Of a DNA stretch of 58,933 bases, positions 47,396 to 55,231 are shown piece after piece; the stretch's first letter is position 1; each line of letters opens with the position of its first letter. Source of the stretch: Streptosporangiaceae bacterium (GTDB lineage Bacteria; Actinomycetota; Actinomycetes; Streptosporangiales; Streptosporangiaceae); NCBI GenBank assembly GCA_035570295.1, contig DATMMA010000109.1, forward strand, positions 1 through 58,933, written 5' to 3'. The position numbers and the translations under genes are program-made. Under the pieces are notes generated by a model. The model was not told where the DNA came from and did not search any database. It saw nothing but the letters and a program-made list of their open reading frames with translations.

Positions 47396-48262
47396 GTAGA
47401 GGTTCGGCAGCAGGCCGGCCAGGTTCTGGTACAGGTTCCACAGGATCGCGAGCACAGCGGGCACGATGACCAGGTACGCCGGCCAGCCAGACCAGCGGGC
47501 GGCGGCTGCTGCGCCGCCGAGGCTGGCTAGCACCAGCGCCAGGCCCCACAGCATGGCCAGCACGAGGGCGCCGCTGTCGCCGGCCATCGCCTGCTCAGCC
47601 GGACCGATGGCAGGCATCTGCACCGGCCCGTTGTGCGCGGTCGTCATCAGGTCCGCGTCGATCTCCAGGTAGTAGGCCGGGATTCCGGCCGAGCTCGACG
47701 TCAGCAGAACGAGGCGGTTCAGGTTGCTGTCGGTGACCGGGTGCTGGCTGTCACCGATGGCGACCACCTTGTATACCGACTTGCCCTGCTGGGTATACGT
47801 CGTGATCTCCTCGCCGGGGCGCAGCTCACTCAGGCGGGCGAACGGAGCGCCGAAGGTGGCGCGCCTGCCATAGATCACCGACAACCCGAGCTGGCCCGGG
47901 AGCGGAGTGTTTCGCAGGTGACCGGGGCCGAGGTCAAGCTGCGCGGCGGTCGTGCCCTCTACCACGATGACGTTGCGCAAGCCGATGCTTGCTGCGTCGA
48001 GTATGGCCACCGGCTGACCCAGGCCGGTCGGCCCGAGCGGCCCCAGATCCTGGCCGAGCTTGCCGGCGAACGTCGAGTACAGCCTGCTCTGGACAGCAGC
48101 TTCCTGAACCCGCGAGACACCGAACAGGTAGGCGAGGAATCCGCCGGTGAGCAGGCCCAGGAGGAGGAGGCTCGCACCGACGCAACGGGCAACCATGCTG
48201 CCGCGCGGCACGCTGGCCGGCTCGCCGGCAGCTCCGACCGGCTGCCGGGTCAGCACGGTCAC
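47393..48262 (-). CDS. Sortase-fold membrane protein lacking the catalytic His/Cys/Arg (pseudo-sortase)
   Basis: N-terminal TM, then VAILDAASIGLRNVIVVEGT...GPGHLRNTPLPGQLGLSVIYGRRATFGAPFARLSELRPGEEITTYT...LVLLTSSS. This aligns by eye with class E sortases (PGxxGNxxxxGHR...F..L..L.PGD...TLxTC). The GHR site reads GRR (AGG codon, 47864-47866). The TC site reads TS (TCG codon, 47696-47698). There are two extra C-terminal TM segments. The GTG at 48262 overlaps the upstream stop (GTGA), and an ATG at 48196 is an alternative start. Confidence 0.7.
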   Translation of the reverse strand: MTVLTRQPVGAAGEPASVPRGSMVARCVGASLLLLGLLTGGFLAYLFGVSRVQEAAVQSRLYSTFAGKLGQDLGPLGPTGLGQPVAILDAASIGLRNVIVVEGTTAAQLDLGPGHLRNTPLPGQLGLSVIYGRRATFGAPFARLSELRPGEEITTYTQQGKSVYKVVAIGDSQHPVTDSNLNRLVLLTSSSAGIPAYYLEIDADLMTTAHNGPVQMPAIGPAEQAMAGDSGALVLAMLWGLALVLASLGGAAAAARWSGWPAYLVIVPAVLAILWNLYQNLAGLLPNLY

Positions 48263-49851
48263 CGCGGCACCCGGCTGCGGCGCCGGCGGAGCAATGCGTA
48301 GACGGCCGGTGGCACCGCGACGACGACCAGGATCTCCACCGCGGTCAGCGTCCCGAGCACGGTGCTGTTGCCGCTGGTCGAGGCAACGTTGACCACCGTG
48401 CCGGTCACCGGACCCTCCGGCGGCGCGCCGGACGCCGCCGCCCCCGGCGCGCCCGCCACCGGTACTGCCGCGGTCACGCCCGCACTGGCCCCGGCGCTGG
48501 GGCTTGTGCTGGTCTGCTGGGCGGCGGTGGCTGACACCGCCTTGCCGTGCACGACAGTGCAGCTCAGCGGCTCGCCAGCCTTGTCGCATGGCGAGGGCTG
48601 CGGCGCGTCCACCAGCACGACGAGCTTGCCGTTCTTAATCGTCGGGTTGTCGCAGCCGCTGGACAGGCTCGGTGTCGGTTCGTGACCAGGGATCTTGCTC
48701 GACTGGGATAGCCCGCCTTCCACCAGGTTGAGCGGAAGCGGTGAGTAGCCAAGCTCGGCGGAGTACTGCTGGCCCGCGCACAGGAAGTAGTCGATGTACG
48801 TGCTGAGCGTCTTGCCGTCGGCCGGGGTGAAGTTAGCCGGGATCTTCGTCCCGGTCCTCGGCACGATCAGGTAGCTGTAGCTGGACAGCGGATAAGACCG
48901 CGGGTCCTTGAACGTGTAGACGTTGTCCAGGCTCTGCTGCAAGTAGTTGACGCTGCTGGGGTCTTCGTCGATCTGCGCCTGGGTCAGCGCGACCGCCACG
49001 TTGGAGGCGGTAGGCAGCACGTAGTAGCCGGCCGGGTTGAGCAGCTTGACCACCGGATAGTGCGAGTTGAGCGCGTAGGCGTACTCGTCGTACCCGATCG
49101 CCCCCTGACCGTAGCTCGCGGTGATATAGGTAGCGACGTTGTTCGATCCGTTCTGCGCGACAGAACCCGGGAACTGCGGGTAGAACTCGGTCTGCCCGCA
49201 GGGTGCCTTGACCCGGCCGTGGCTGACCTTGCTGCAGAACGCGTTCCACTGGGCCGGGAACTCGTGCGCCATCCACCGGGTGAGGAAGTAGGTCGCGCCG
49301 GACCCGTCCGCCCGGATCACCGGGATGATCCGCAAGCTGGGCAGCTGGGTGCCGTAGTCCTTGGTGATCTCCGGGTTGTCCCAGTTCGTGATCTGCCCGG
49401 TGAAGATCTTCATGATCGTCTCACCGGACAGTCTGAGGTTGGTGATCAGCTTGCCGCCGACGTCCAGGTGATACATGAAGGCGGTCCCGCCGGCCGTATC
49501 GGGGACGTAGGAGTAGCCGACCTGCGGGTGCTCGGCACCGCTCGCGTCGAACGGGTCCGTGCCGTTGCGGAACGGCGGATCGGACGCGCCGAAGTCGACT
49601 TGCTGATCCATGTAGTCCGCGCGCCCGGCTGCCGAGCCGTCCGGGTTGAAGTTCACCACGATGCCGTCAGCTCGCAGCGTCTGCGCCCATTGCAGCAATG
49701 CGACCGAACTCCACGATGAGCCAGAACCGCTGATCGCAATGTATTGCTGGTCGCTGCTGGCCAAGGCCGGCGACAGCGGCGCGAGCGATGCGAGTGCCGC
49801 TCCGACGGCGACCGCCAGCGTCCGTCCGGCCTGTGGCATCCGCACCCTCAT
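48259..49851 (-). CDS. pstS: PstS-type phosphate-binding protein with a Sec signal peptide, a Cys-containing linker and a C-terminal TM anchor
   Basis: ISGSGSS, VDFGASDPPF, VIRADGSGATYFLTRWM, GAIGYDEYAYA and ITNWDN match E. coli/M. tuberculosis PstS motifs as I recall them. Signal peptide MRVRMPQAGRTLAVAVGAALASLAPLSPALA. The C-terminus is ...TAVEILVVVAVPPAVYALLRRRRSRVPR. The ATG at 49851 (RBS GGAAGGAAG) overlaps the upstream stop (ATGA). Confidence 0.85.
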   Translation of the reverse strand: MRVRMPQAGRTLAVAVGAALASLAPLSPALASSDQQYIAISGSGSSWSSVALLQWAQTLRADGIVVNFNPDGSAAGRADYMDQQVDFGASDPPFRNGTDPFDASGAEHPQVGYSYVPDTAGGTAFMYHLDVGGKLITNLRLSGETIMKIFTGQITNWDNPEITKDYGTQLPSLRIIPVIRADGSGATYFLTRWMAHEFPAQWNAFCSKVSHGRVKAPCGQTEFYPQFPGSVAQNGSNNVATYITASYGQGAIGYDEYAYALNSHYPVVKLLNPAGYYVLPTASNVAVALTQAQIDEDPSSVNYLQQSLDNVYTFKDPRSYPLSSYSYLIVPRTGTKIPANFTPADGKTLSTYIDYFLCAGQQYSAELGYSPLPLNLVEGGLSQSSKIPGHEPTPSLSSGCDNPTIKNGKLVVLVDAPQPSPCDKAGEPLSCTVVHGKAVSATAAQQTSTSPSAGASAGVTAAVPVAGAPGAAASGAPPEGPVTGTVVNVASTSGNSTVLGTLTAVEILVVVAVPPAVYALLRRRRSRVPR

Positions 49852-52223
49852 GGTTTCTTCCTTCCGAGCGCTGGCAACCACCGGGCAAGGCGTGCTCCGC
49901 GGAGCCGCGTCAGCACTGCGGCGCTGCCCCTGCCAGCGACCAGGGCCGCGGAGCCAGCCGCCACCAGCAGGCAACCTCCGATCAGCAGGACCGGCAGCGC
50001 GTAGCGCGCGAGCCCGGCGGTGGCCGGATTGCTGACCAGGCCCAACCCGATCCGGTGATGGGCCTGACCAGCCGGCCTCGGGGGTGCGGTAGCCGACGCG
50101 GTAGCGCTGGCGCTCGCCGACACCGAACCCGCGGTCCCGTGATGCTTGCTACCGCCGGTCTGATCCAGCACCTCTTGGGCAGCCTTCAGCGTCTGCGTGC
50201 GCATGCTGCTGGTGAGCGGCAGGTAGCCCGGCGCCAGCTGGCCGGGCAGCTGACCGGGCCGCTGTCCGCTGCCCGCCACAAAATCGAGGAACTGCGCGAT
50301 CCTCGCGGCCTTCGTCTTCGAGATCCCGCCAGTCGGGACGAGCGCGTAGATGACCATCGTCAGCGGATAGGCGTTCTTCACCTTGCCGTGGTCGTTCTGC
50401 TGCTGGGTGATGTGGTTCCCGCCGGTTTGCATCTCGCCAAGCGCGGCAGCCATCGTGGCGTTCGTCGGCTCGACGTACTGGCCGGCCGGATTCTCGATCG
50501 CCGCGACCGGCAACTGGAATGCCGCCGCGTCGGCCTCGTCGAGGATGGCGAACAGCGCCCGGTCGCCGGGCGTCTCCGGGCTGAGCTTGTCGTAGTTGCC
50601 CTGCGCGTCCTTCACCCAGTTGGTCGCCGGATACCAGTTATCGACCTGGTACGCGGCCACCGCGCTGAGCGGGAACTGCGGGCTGTAGCGGTGCGCGACA
50701 GGAAGGTACGCGTCCATCGAGTTGAGCGTGTTCGTCGGCAGCTGCATCTTCAGGTAGCTCGTGTTGACGTGCTCGCCCCATGGGTCGAAGGTGCCGTCCG
50801 CGAACGACTTGGCGGCGCTGTTCGCGGCCAGCCACCGGGTGAGCTCATAGGTCATGTCGCTCTCGCCGCCCAGTACGGTCGGTATCTGGTACCCGTCGCC
50901 GACGCTCGCCACGTGCGGATTCAGCTTCTTGAACTCGGGATCGGCGAACAGGCTGATGGGGTCAGCGTCGACGGCGTTGTCGCAGCCGATGCTTTTGGGC
51001 GGCTTGCCGTTGCCGCAGCCCTCCTTGTCGAAGTCATAGGACTGCGTCAGCATCTTCAGCACCAGGCTCGGGTCAAGCCGAAGACGGCCCCGCGGCTGGC
51101 CGGTCCGCGGATTGTCCACCCAGTAAGTGATGGCGACCGACGAGATCGCGATTGGCGCATAGGTATACGGGTGCTTGCCGCTGCCGGTTGCGGGCAGCGT
51201 CGTCAGGGCCACGTCATCGAGCCCGCTCAGGAAGTCCTCCCTGGCCAGCGGCTCACTCTGGGCCGAGTCGTACTGGATATTCAGCGGATTGCTGCTTGCG
51301 CAGAGCGCGGACTGCCACTGGACCATGGCGCGCTCGGCCATCGGTGAGCCGATCACGCTGAAGTCAGGGCTGCGGACCGGGCAGTCGGCCGGGGTCGGCG
51401 AGAAATGCAGCGGCACGATGATCCGGTCGCGCCAGGAACACTGTCCGTACTGACTGCTAAAGGCCACCGAGCCGACGTCCGTCTGGTCGGTGTCCTGGCT
51501 GTGGTCGCCGCACCGGACCGGCGTGTCGAAGATATTGCCGCCCTGGGCCGGGACGATGACCAGCGAGCAGGCCTTGCTGTCCTTGCAGCCGAGTTGCTGA
51601 TCCTCTTCGGCGGTGAGCAACTGGATGGGCGCCTGGCCAGTCCCGTTGCGGCTCGTCGTGGCGTACGCGGTATTCATCGGGCCGTAGGCGCTGAAGGTGC
51701 CCGCCACGCCGCCGTTGTCCGCGCCGAAGCACTGACTCCACTTGGTCGGATGCGTTCCCTGGCACTCAGCGACCATGACCGGGTAATCGGTGCTGTCCGG
51801 CGAGTAGAGCGCGTCGCTGCTCGGGGTGAAACCCTGCCAGCGCACCTCGACGACCTGATTGGTCAGGTGCTTAGCCTGGCTCACGGTGACGTAGCTGTGG
51901 GAGGCGAACAGCCGCTTGCCGGCCGGGTCCCACAACCGCGGCCCCTCGACGACGATGCCGCCTCGCGGCGCGGCAGGTGGTTTGGCCGGGCCCGGCTGCG
52001 CTGGCGTGCTCGGGCTGGCGCTCGGACTGGCACTTGGCAAGGCGGTAGGGGACGTGCTTGGTGACGACGTGCTAGCCGTAGGCGACGGGCTGGGCGATGC
52101 CGCCGATGCTTGCGCGGCCCAGGGCAGCAGCACGCCGGACGCCATGAAGCCAGACGCTACGAAGAGTGCGCCGGCCAGCGCTGCGCGGCGGCGCCAGGCG
52201 GCGGTCATCGGCCTAGTTCGCAT
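49848..52223 (-). CDS. Large secreted protein: signal peptide, Ser/Pro linker, Cys-rich N-domain, degenerate PstS-like (PBP type 2) domain, C-terminal TM anchor
   Basis: The C-terminal half aligns by eye with the downstream PstS paralogue: IENPAGQYVEPTNATMAAAL vs LLNPAGYYVLPTASNVAVAL, AYPLTMVIYALVP vs SYPLSSYSYLIVP, and GGESDMTYELTRWL vs ADGSGATYFLTRWM. The anion-binding residues are replaced. The ATG overlaps the pstA stop (TGATG at 52221-52225). Confidence 0.7.
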   Translation of the reverse strand: MRTRPMTAAWRRRAALAGALFVASGFMASGVLLPWAAQASAASPSPSPTASTSSPSTSPTALPSASPSASPSTPAQPGPAKPPAAPRGGIVVEGPRLWDPAGKRLFASHSYVTVSQAKHLTNQVVEVRWQGFTPSSDALYSPDSTDYPVMVAECQGTHPTKWSQCFGADNGGVAGTFSAYGPMNTAYATTSRNGTGQAPIQLLTAEEDQQLGCKDSKACSLVIVPAQGGNIFDTPVRCGDHSQDTDQTDVGSVAFSSQYGQCSWRDRIIVPLHFSPTPADCPVRSPDFSVIGSPMAERAMVQWQSALCASSNPLNIQYDSAQSEPLAREDFLSGLDDVALTTLPATGSGKHPYTYAPIAISSVAITYWVDNPRTGQPRGRLRLDPSLVLKMLTQSYDFDKEGCGNGKPPKSIGCDNAVDADPISLFADPEFKKLNPHVASVGDGYQIPTVLGGESDMTYELTRWLAANSAAKSFADGTFDPWGEHVNTSYLKMQLPTNTLNSMDAYLPVAHRYSPQFPLSAVAAYQVDNWYPATNWVKDAQGNYDKLSPETPGDRALFAILDEADAAAFQLPVAAIENPAGQYVEPTNATMAAALGEMQTGGNHITQQQNDHGKVKNAYPLTMVIYALVPTGGISKTKAARIAQFLDFVAGSGQRPGQLPGQLAPGYLPLTSSMRTQTLKAAQEVLDQTGGSKHHGTAGSVSASASATASATAPPRPAGQAHHRIGLGLVSNPATAGLARYALPVLLIGGCLLVAAGSAALVAGRGSAAVLTRLRGARLARWLPALGRKKP

Positions 52224-53389
52224 CAGGGTTCCTCTATCCGGGGGGTAGACAGCCGCCGCTGCTGCCGCTTCGACAGCTCACCGGGGGCCTTGCCGCCGAT
52301 CAGCCGCGCAATCGTGAACAGCGCGAGCACGATGAGCATGAGCGCGAGCCCGGCGCCCATGCCGCGGGCGACGTAGTTCGGGTCCTGGCCGAAATCCAGG
52401 ATGCTGGTGATGATGACCGTGGGAAGTGTCGCCTGCCAGCCGTGGAAGGGGTTGGCGACCATCTCGTTGGTGAACCCGGCGGTCAGCAGGACCGGCGCGG
52501 TCTCCCCGATGCCGCGTGCCATGGCAAGTACGACGGTCGTGGTGAGACCGGAGCGGGCCGTCGGCAGGATCACCGTCCATACCGTGCGCCATTGACTGCC
52601 GCCGAGCGCGAATGACGCCTCGCGGAGCGTGCCTGGCACCACCCGCAGCACAACTTCAGCTGCCCTGATGACCGTCGGCAGCATCACGATCGCGACGGCC
52701 AGCGCGGCCGCGAAGCCGCACTCGGGCAGGCCGAGGCTGAGGATGGCCAGGGCGTAGACGAGCAGTCCGGCCACGATCGACGGCAGCGCGGTCATCGCGT
52801 TGACGATGGTCCGGACCGGACGCTCCAGACGCCCGCCGACCTCGGTCAGGAACAGCGCTGCCGCGATGCCAAGCGGGACGGACGCCGCGGTCGCCAGGCC
52901 GATCTGCTCGATCGATCCGACGGCAGCGTGCAGGATGCCGCCTTCGGTCAGCGGGCTGAGTGGTCCGCTGAATGCCATCGTGCTGGTCCAGAAATTCAGG
53001 TGCCTGACCGCTGGCAGGCCCTCGATGGCGCTGTAGCCGATCTGCTCGAAGACGACCGCGCAGGCAAAGATTCCGCCGCTGCTGAACAGCACGGCCATGA
53101 TCTTGTTCCTGACCACCAGCCTGGGCCACGTCAGTCCCGCGACCGCCAGGTAGATCAGCGCGAACAGCAGATACCAGCAGAGCCAGAACCCGAACGCCCC
53201 GCTGAACGGCAAGACCTGCTCGTACAGCAGCCAGGTCAGGCAGAGCGACGCCAGCGCTGACCCGGCAACCGAAAGCACGTCCTCCGGACTGACGCGGCGG
53301 ATCTGCAGAACGTCGTCAACGCCGGCGGAGTCGCCCAAATCGTGCCGCCTGACGCCATCGGAGGTGGTCATCTCCCCGTTCCCGCTCAT
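52223..53389 (-). CDS. pstA: Phosphate ABC transporter permease PstA
   Basis: Polytopic membrane protein with EAA-type loop LREASFALGGSQWRTVWTVILPTARSGL and ARGIGETAPVLLTAGF. Located downstream of pstC. Confidence 0.9.
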   Translation of the reverse strand: MSGNGEMTTSDGVRRHDLGDSAGVDDVLQIRRVSPEDVLSVAGSALASLCLTWLLYEQVLPFSGAFGFWLCWYLLFALIYLAVAGLTWPRLVVRNKIMAVLFSSGGIFACAVVFEQIGYSAIEGLPAVRHLNFWTSTMAFSGPLSPLTEGGILHAAVGSIEQIGLATAASVPLGIAAALFLTEVGGRLERPVRTIVNAMTALPSIVAGLLVYALAILSLGLPECGFAAALAVAIVMLPTVIRAAEVVLRVVPGTLREASFALGGSQWRTVWTVILPTARSGLTTTVVLAMARGIGETAPVLLTAGFTNEMVANPFHGWQATLPTVIITSILDFGQDPNYVARGMGAGLALMLIVLALFTIARLIGGKAPGELSKRQQRRLSTPRIEEP

Positions 53390-53405
53390 TTAATGATCGC
53401 CACCG

Positions 53406-54422
53406 TCAGTCCGCCGTCGCGGCGCCGGACCGCGACCGGTTGATGATGATCGCGGCTAGCGAATTCACGATCAGCGTGATGGCAAACAGCGCGAGACCAG
53501 CCGCCATCAGTGCGGACAACTGGTCGTACGTGGCGTAATTCCAGGCGCCCGCGATCAGCGCGGCGATCGAGTTGCCGCCGCTTTGCAGGATGCGCCAGTT
53601 GAGAGCCGGAGTCGGGCTGATGATCAGCAGCACGGCGATGGTCTCCCCGAGCGCCCGGCCGATGCCGAGCATGGCCGCTCCGACAACTCCGCCGCGACCG
53701 AACGGGAGAACAACTGTTCTGATCATGCCCCAGCGGGTTGAGCCCAGCGCGTAGGCAGCCTCACGCTCGCTCGCGGGCGCCTGCGAGAAGACCTCGCGGC
53801 ATAGCGACGTGATGATGGGGATGGCCATCAGCGAGACCACCATGCCGGCGATGGCAGGCGATCCGACGAAGGTCGACGCGCTTTGCGGGACGGTGATGCG
53901 GAACGGCGGGAACCACCCGATGTGGTGCGACAGCCACGCCATTGTCCCGATGACCCTCGGCATCAAGAAGGCCCGACCCCAGACCGCGTAGATGATGCTC
54001 GGGATCGCGGCCATCAGGTCGATGACGGCGATGAGGAAGCGCCGCAGCCGGCCGGGCGCGTATTCCGCGATGAAGATCGCTGCCGTCAGCGCGACCGGGA
54101 TGGCAATCACCGAAGCGATAGCGGCAATGATGATCGTGTCCGGCAGCATGCCGCCGATGCCGAACTGGTTGCCCACGAACACCCAGCTCTGCTTGGTGAA
54201 GAAGCTAAGGCCGTCGGCCCGCAACGCCCACATGCCGCGGTAGATCAGGAAGACCAGGATCATCGCCGTGATGAGGAAGCTTGACAACCCTGCTGCCCGC
54301 AGCACGCTGCGGAAGATCAGGTCGCCGCGCGAGCCGCGCGACGTAATCGTCCGGGGAACGTCGTCGCCGACCGATGCTGATGCTGGCGGGTTAGGGGCTG
54401 CAGGGCTAATTGCAACGGCCAT
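53406..54422 (-). CDS. pstC: Phosphate ABC transporter permease PstC
   Basis: EREAAYALGSTRWGMIRTVVLPFGRGG and GRALGETIAVLLII, with 6 TM segments. Confidence 0.9.
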   Translation of the reverse strand: MAVAISPAAPNPPASASVGDDVPRTITSRGSRGDLIFRSVLRAAGLSSFLITAMILVFLIYRGMWALRADGLSFFTKQSWVFVGNQFGIGGMLPDTIIIAAIASVIAIPVALTAAIFIAEYAPGRLRRFLIAVIDLMAAIPSIIYAVWGRAFLMPRVIGTMAWLSHHIGWFPPFRITVPQSASTFVGSPAIAGMVVSLMAIPIITSLCREVFSQAPASEREAAYALGSTRWGMIRTVVLPFGRGGVVGAAMLGIGRALGETIAVLLIISPTPALNWRILQSGGNSIAALIAGAWNYATYDQLSALMAAGLALFAITLIVNSLAAIIINRSRSGAATAD

Positions 54423-54484
54423 GGCGACGCCCCTCCCTTGCCGGTCGTCGTGGCCACGCAGGAAGTGGCCGTGTATCGGTGGTG

Positions 54485-54535
54485 CAAATGCATACTGTTC
54501 AACTCGACTTAATAGCTATTTATCAGACTCGCTTC
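54485..54535 (-). promoter_or_regulatory. AT-rich island upstream of pstC (candidate internal promoter)
   Basis: GCAAATGCATACTGTTCAACTCGACTTAATAGCTATTTATCAGACTCGC has GC far below the local roughly 70%. It lies between a terminator-like hairpin and the pstC start. I could not define -10/-35 elements with confidence. Confidence 0.35.
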
Positions 54536-54553
54536 GTGCGCGGCAACAGGCAA

Positions 54554-54580
54554 CGTCGCTGCACGGCTAATGCAGCGACG
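54554..54580 (-). terminator. Hairpin immediately downstream of the 204-aa gene
   Basis: CGTCGCTGCA / TGCAGCGACG is a 10-bp perfect stem with a 7-nt loop, 29 nt after the stop at 54609. On the minus strand it is followed by TTGCCTGTTGCC. Confidence 0.5.
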
Positions 54581-54608
54581 CCAGCCTGGGTTTGCCGGTT
54601 AGCTCAAG

Positions 54609-55223
54609 TCAGCTCGTGGTCTGCGTCTGGTAGGTGGTGCGGAACGTGCCGATCTGCTGACCCGCCTTGAAGTAGGTGGTGTGCAGTCCGTCGTTCAGGT
54701 AACGCGCGCCCGCCTTGGTGACGAACAGGGCGCTCGCAGTGAAAGTCTGAGTGGCTGGCGGGCCTGCGTTGGACGATCCCGACAGCGCGCCGCCCACGCT
54801 CACAAGCGAAACATGGCGGGTACCCGCAACCCCGCCGATCGTCCCTGCGTGGTAGCTGAACGCCAAGCCGGTAAGGGTGACCGACCGGCGCGTGCCGCCG
54901 TCGGTGAAAACCAGTCCGCCGGCCAGGTCGACACTGCCGGACGTGAGGATGTAGTTGCCGTCACCGCCCGACACCTGGAAGGCGATGATCTCGCGATTCC
55001 GGCCGGCTGAAGCACCGCCCGGAGCCTCGGGCAACACCACGATCCCGGCCCTGGCCAGCCCGTTGACCGTGGCGTGGTTGACGGCGATGCTGGCCGTGCC
55101 GCCGATGTCTTCGATGCCAGCCAGAGCTGGCGCGGCCGCCCCGCCCGCCAGAGCTAGCAACGCTGCCGCCAGGCACGAGCCGCCCGCTGCGACCGCAGCC
55201 GCTCGTGTCACCTTGTTGCGCAT
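54609..55223 (-). CDS. Secreted hypothetical protein (Gly/Thr/Ala-rich, beta-rich) inserted between the PstS-like gene and pstC
   Basis: Signal peptide MRNKVTRAAAVAAGGSCLAAALLALAGGAAAPALA. The mature protein is about 170 aa with no motif I can assign. GC3 is consistent with coding. Confidence 0.6.
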   Translation of the reverse strand: MRNKVTRAAAVAAGGSCLAAALLALAGGAAAPALAGIEDIGGTASIAVNHATVNGLARAGIVVLPEAPGGASAGRNREIIAFQVSGGDGNYILTSGSVDLAGGLVFTDGGTRRSVTLTGLAFSYHAGTIGGVAGTRHVSLVSVGGALSGSSNAGPPATQTFTASALFVTKAGARYLNDGLHTTYFKAGQQIGTFRTTYQTQTTS

Positions 55224-55231
55224 GTGGATTC

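Noticed and set aside
48263-48589. An upstream extension of the sortase-like ORF (to 398 aa)
   Set aside because: It overlaps the C-terminus of the PstS paralogue in another frame and encodes R/G-rich low-complexity sequence. A GTG at 48262 (GTGA overlap) or an ATG at 48196 gives a sensible N-terminal TM protein.
49788-51347. Long plus-strand ORFs antisense to the pst-module genes. Similar cases are 46526..47530 (+), 44833..45870 (-), 37104..38387 (-), 20092..21267 (+), 12760..13863 (+) and 5212..6015 (+).
   Set aside because: All of them lie opposite genes with strong family motifs. They have Arg/Gly/Pro/Asp-biased composition and no recognisable domains. This is a high-GC antisense artefact.
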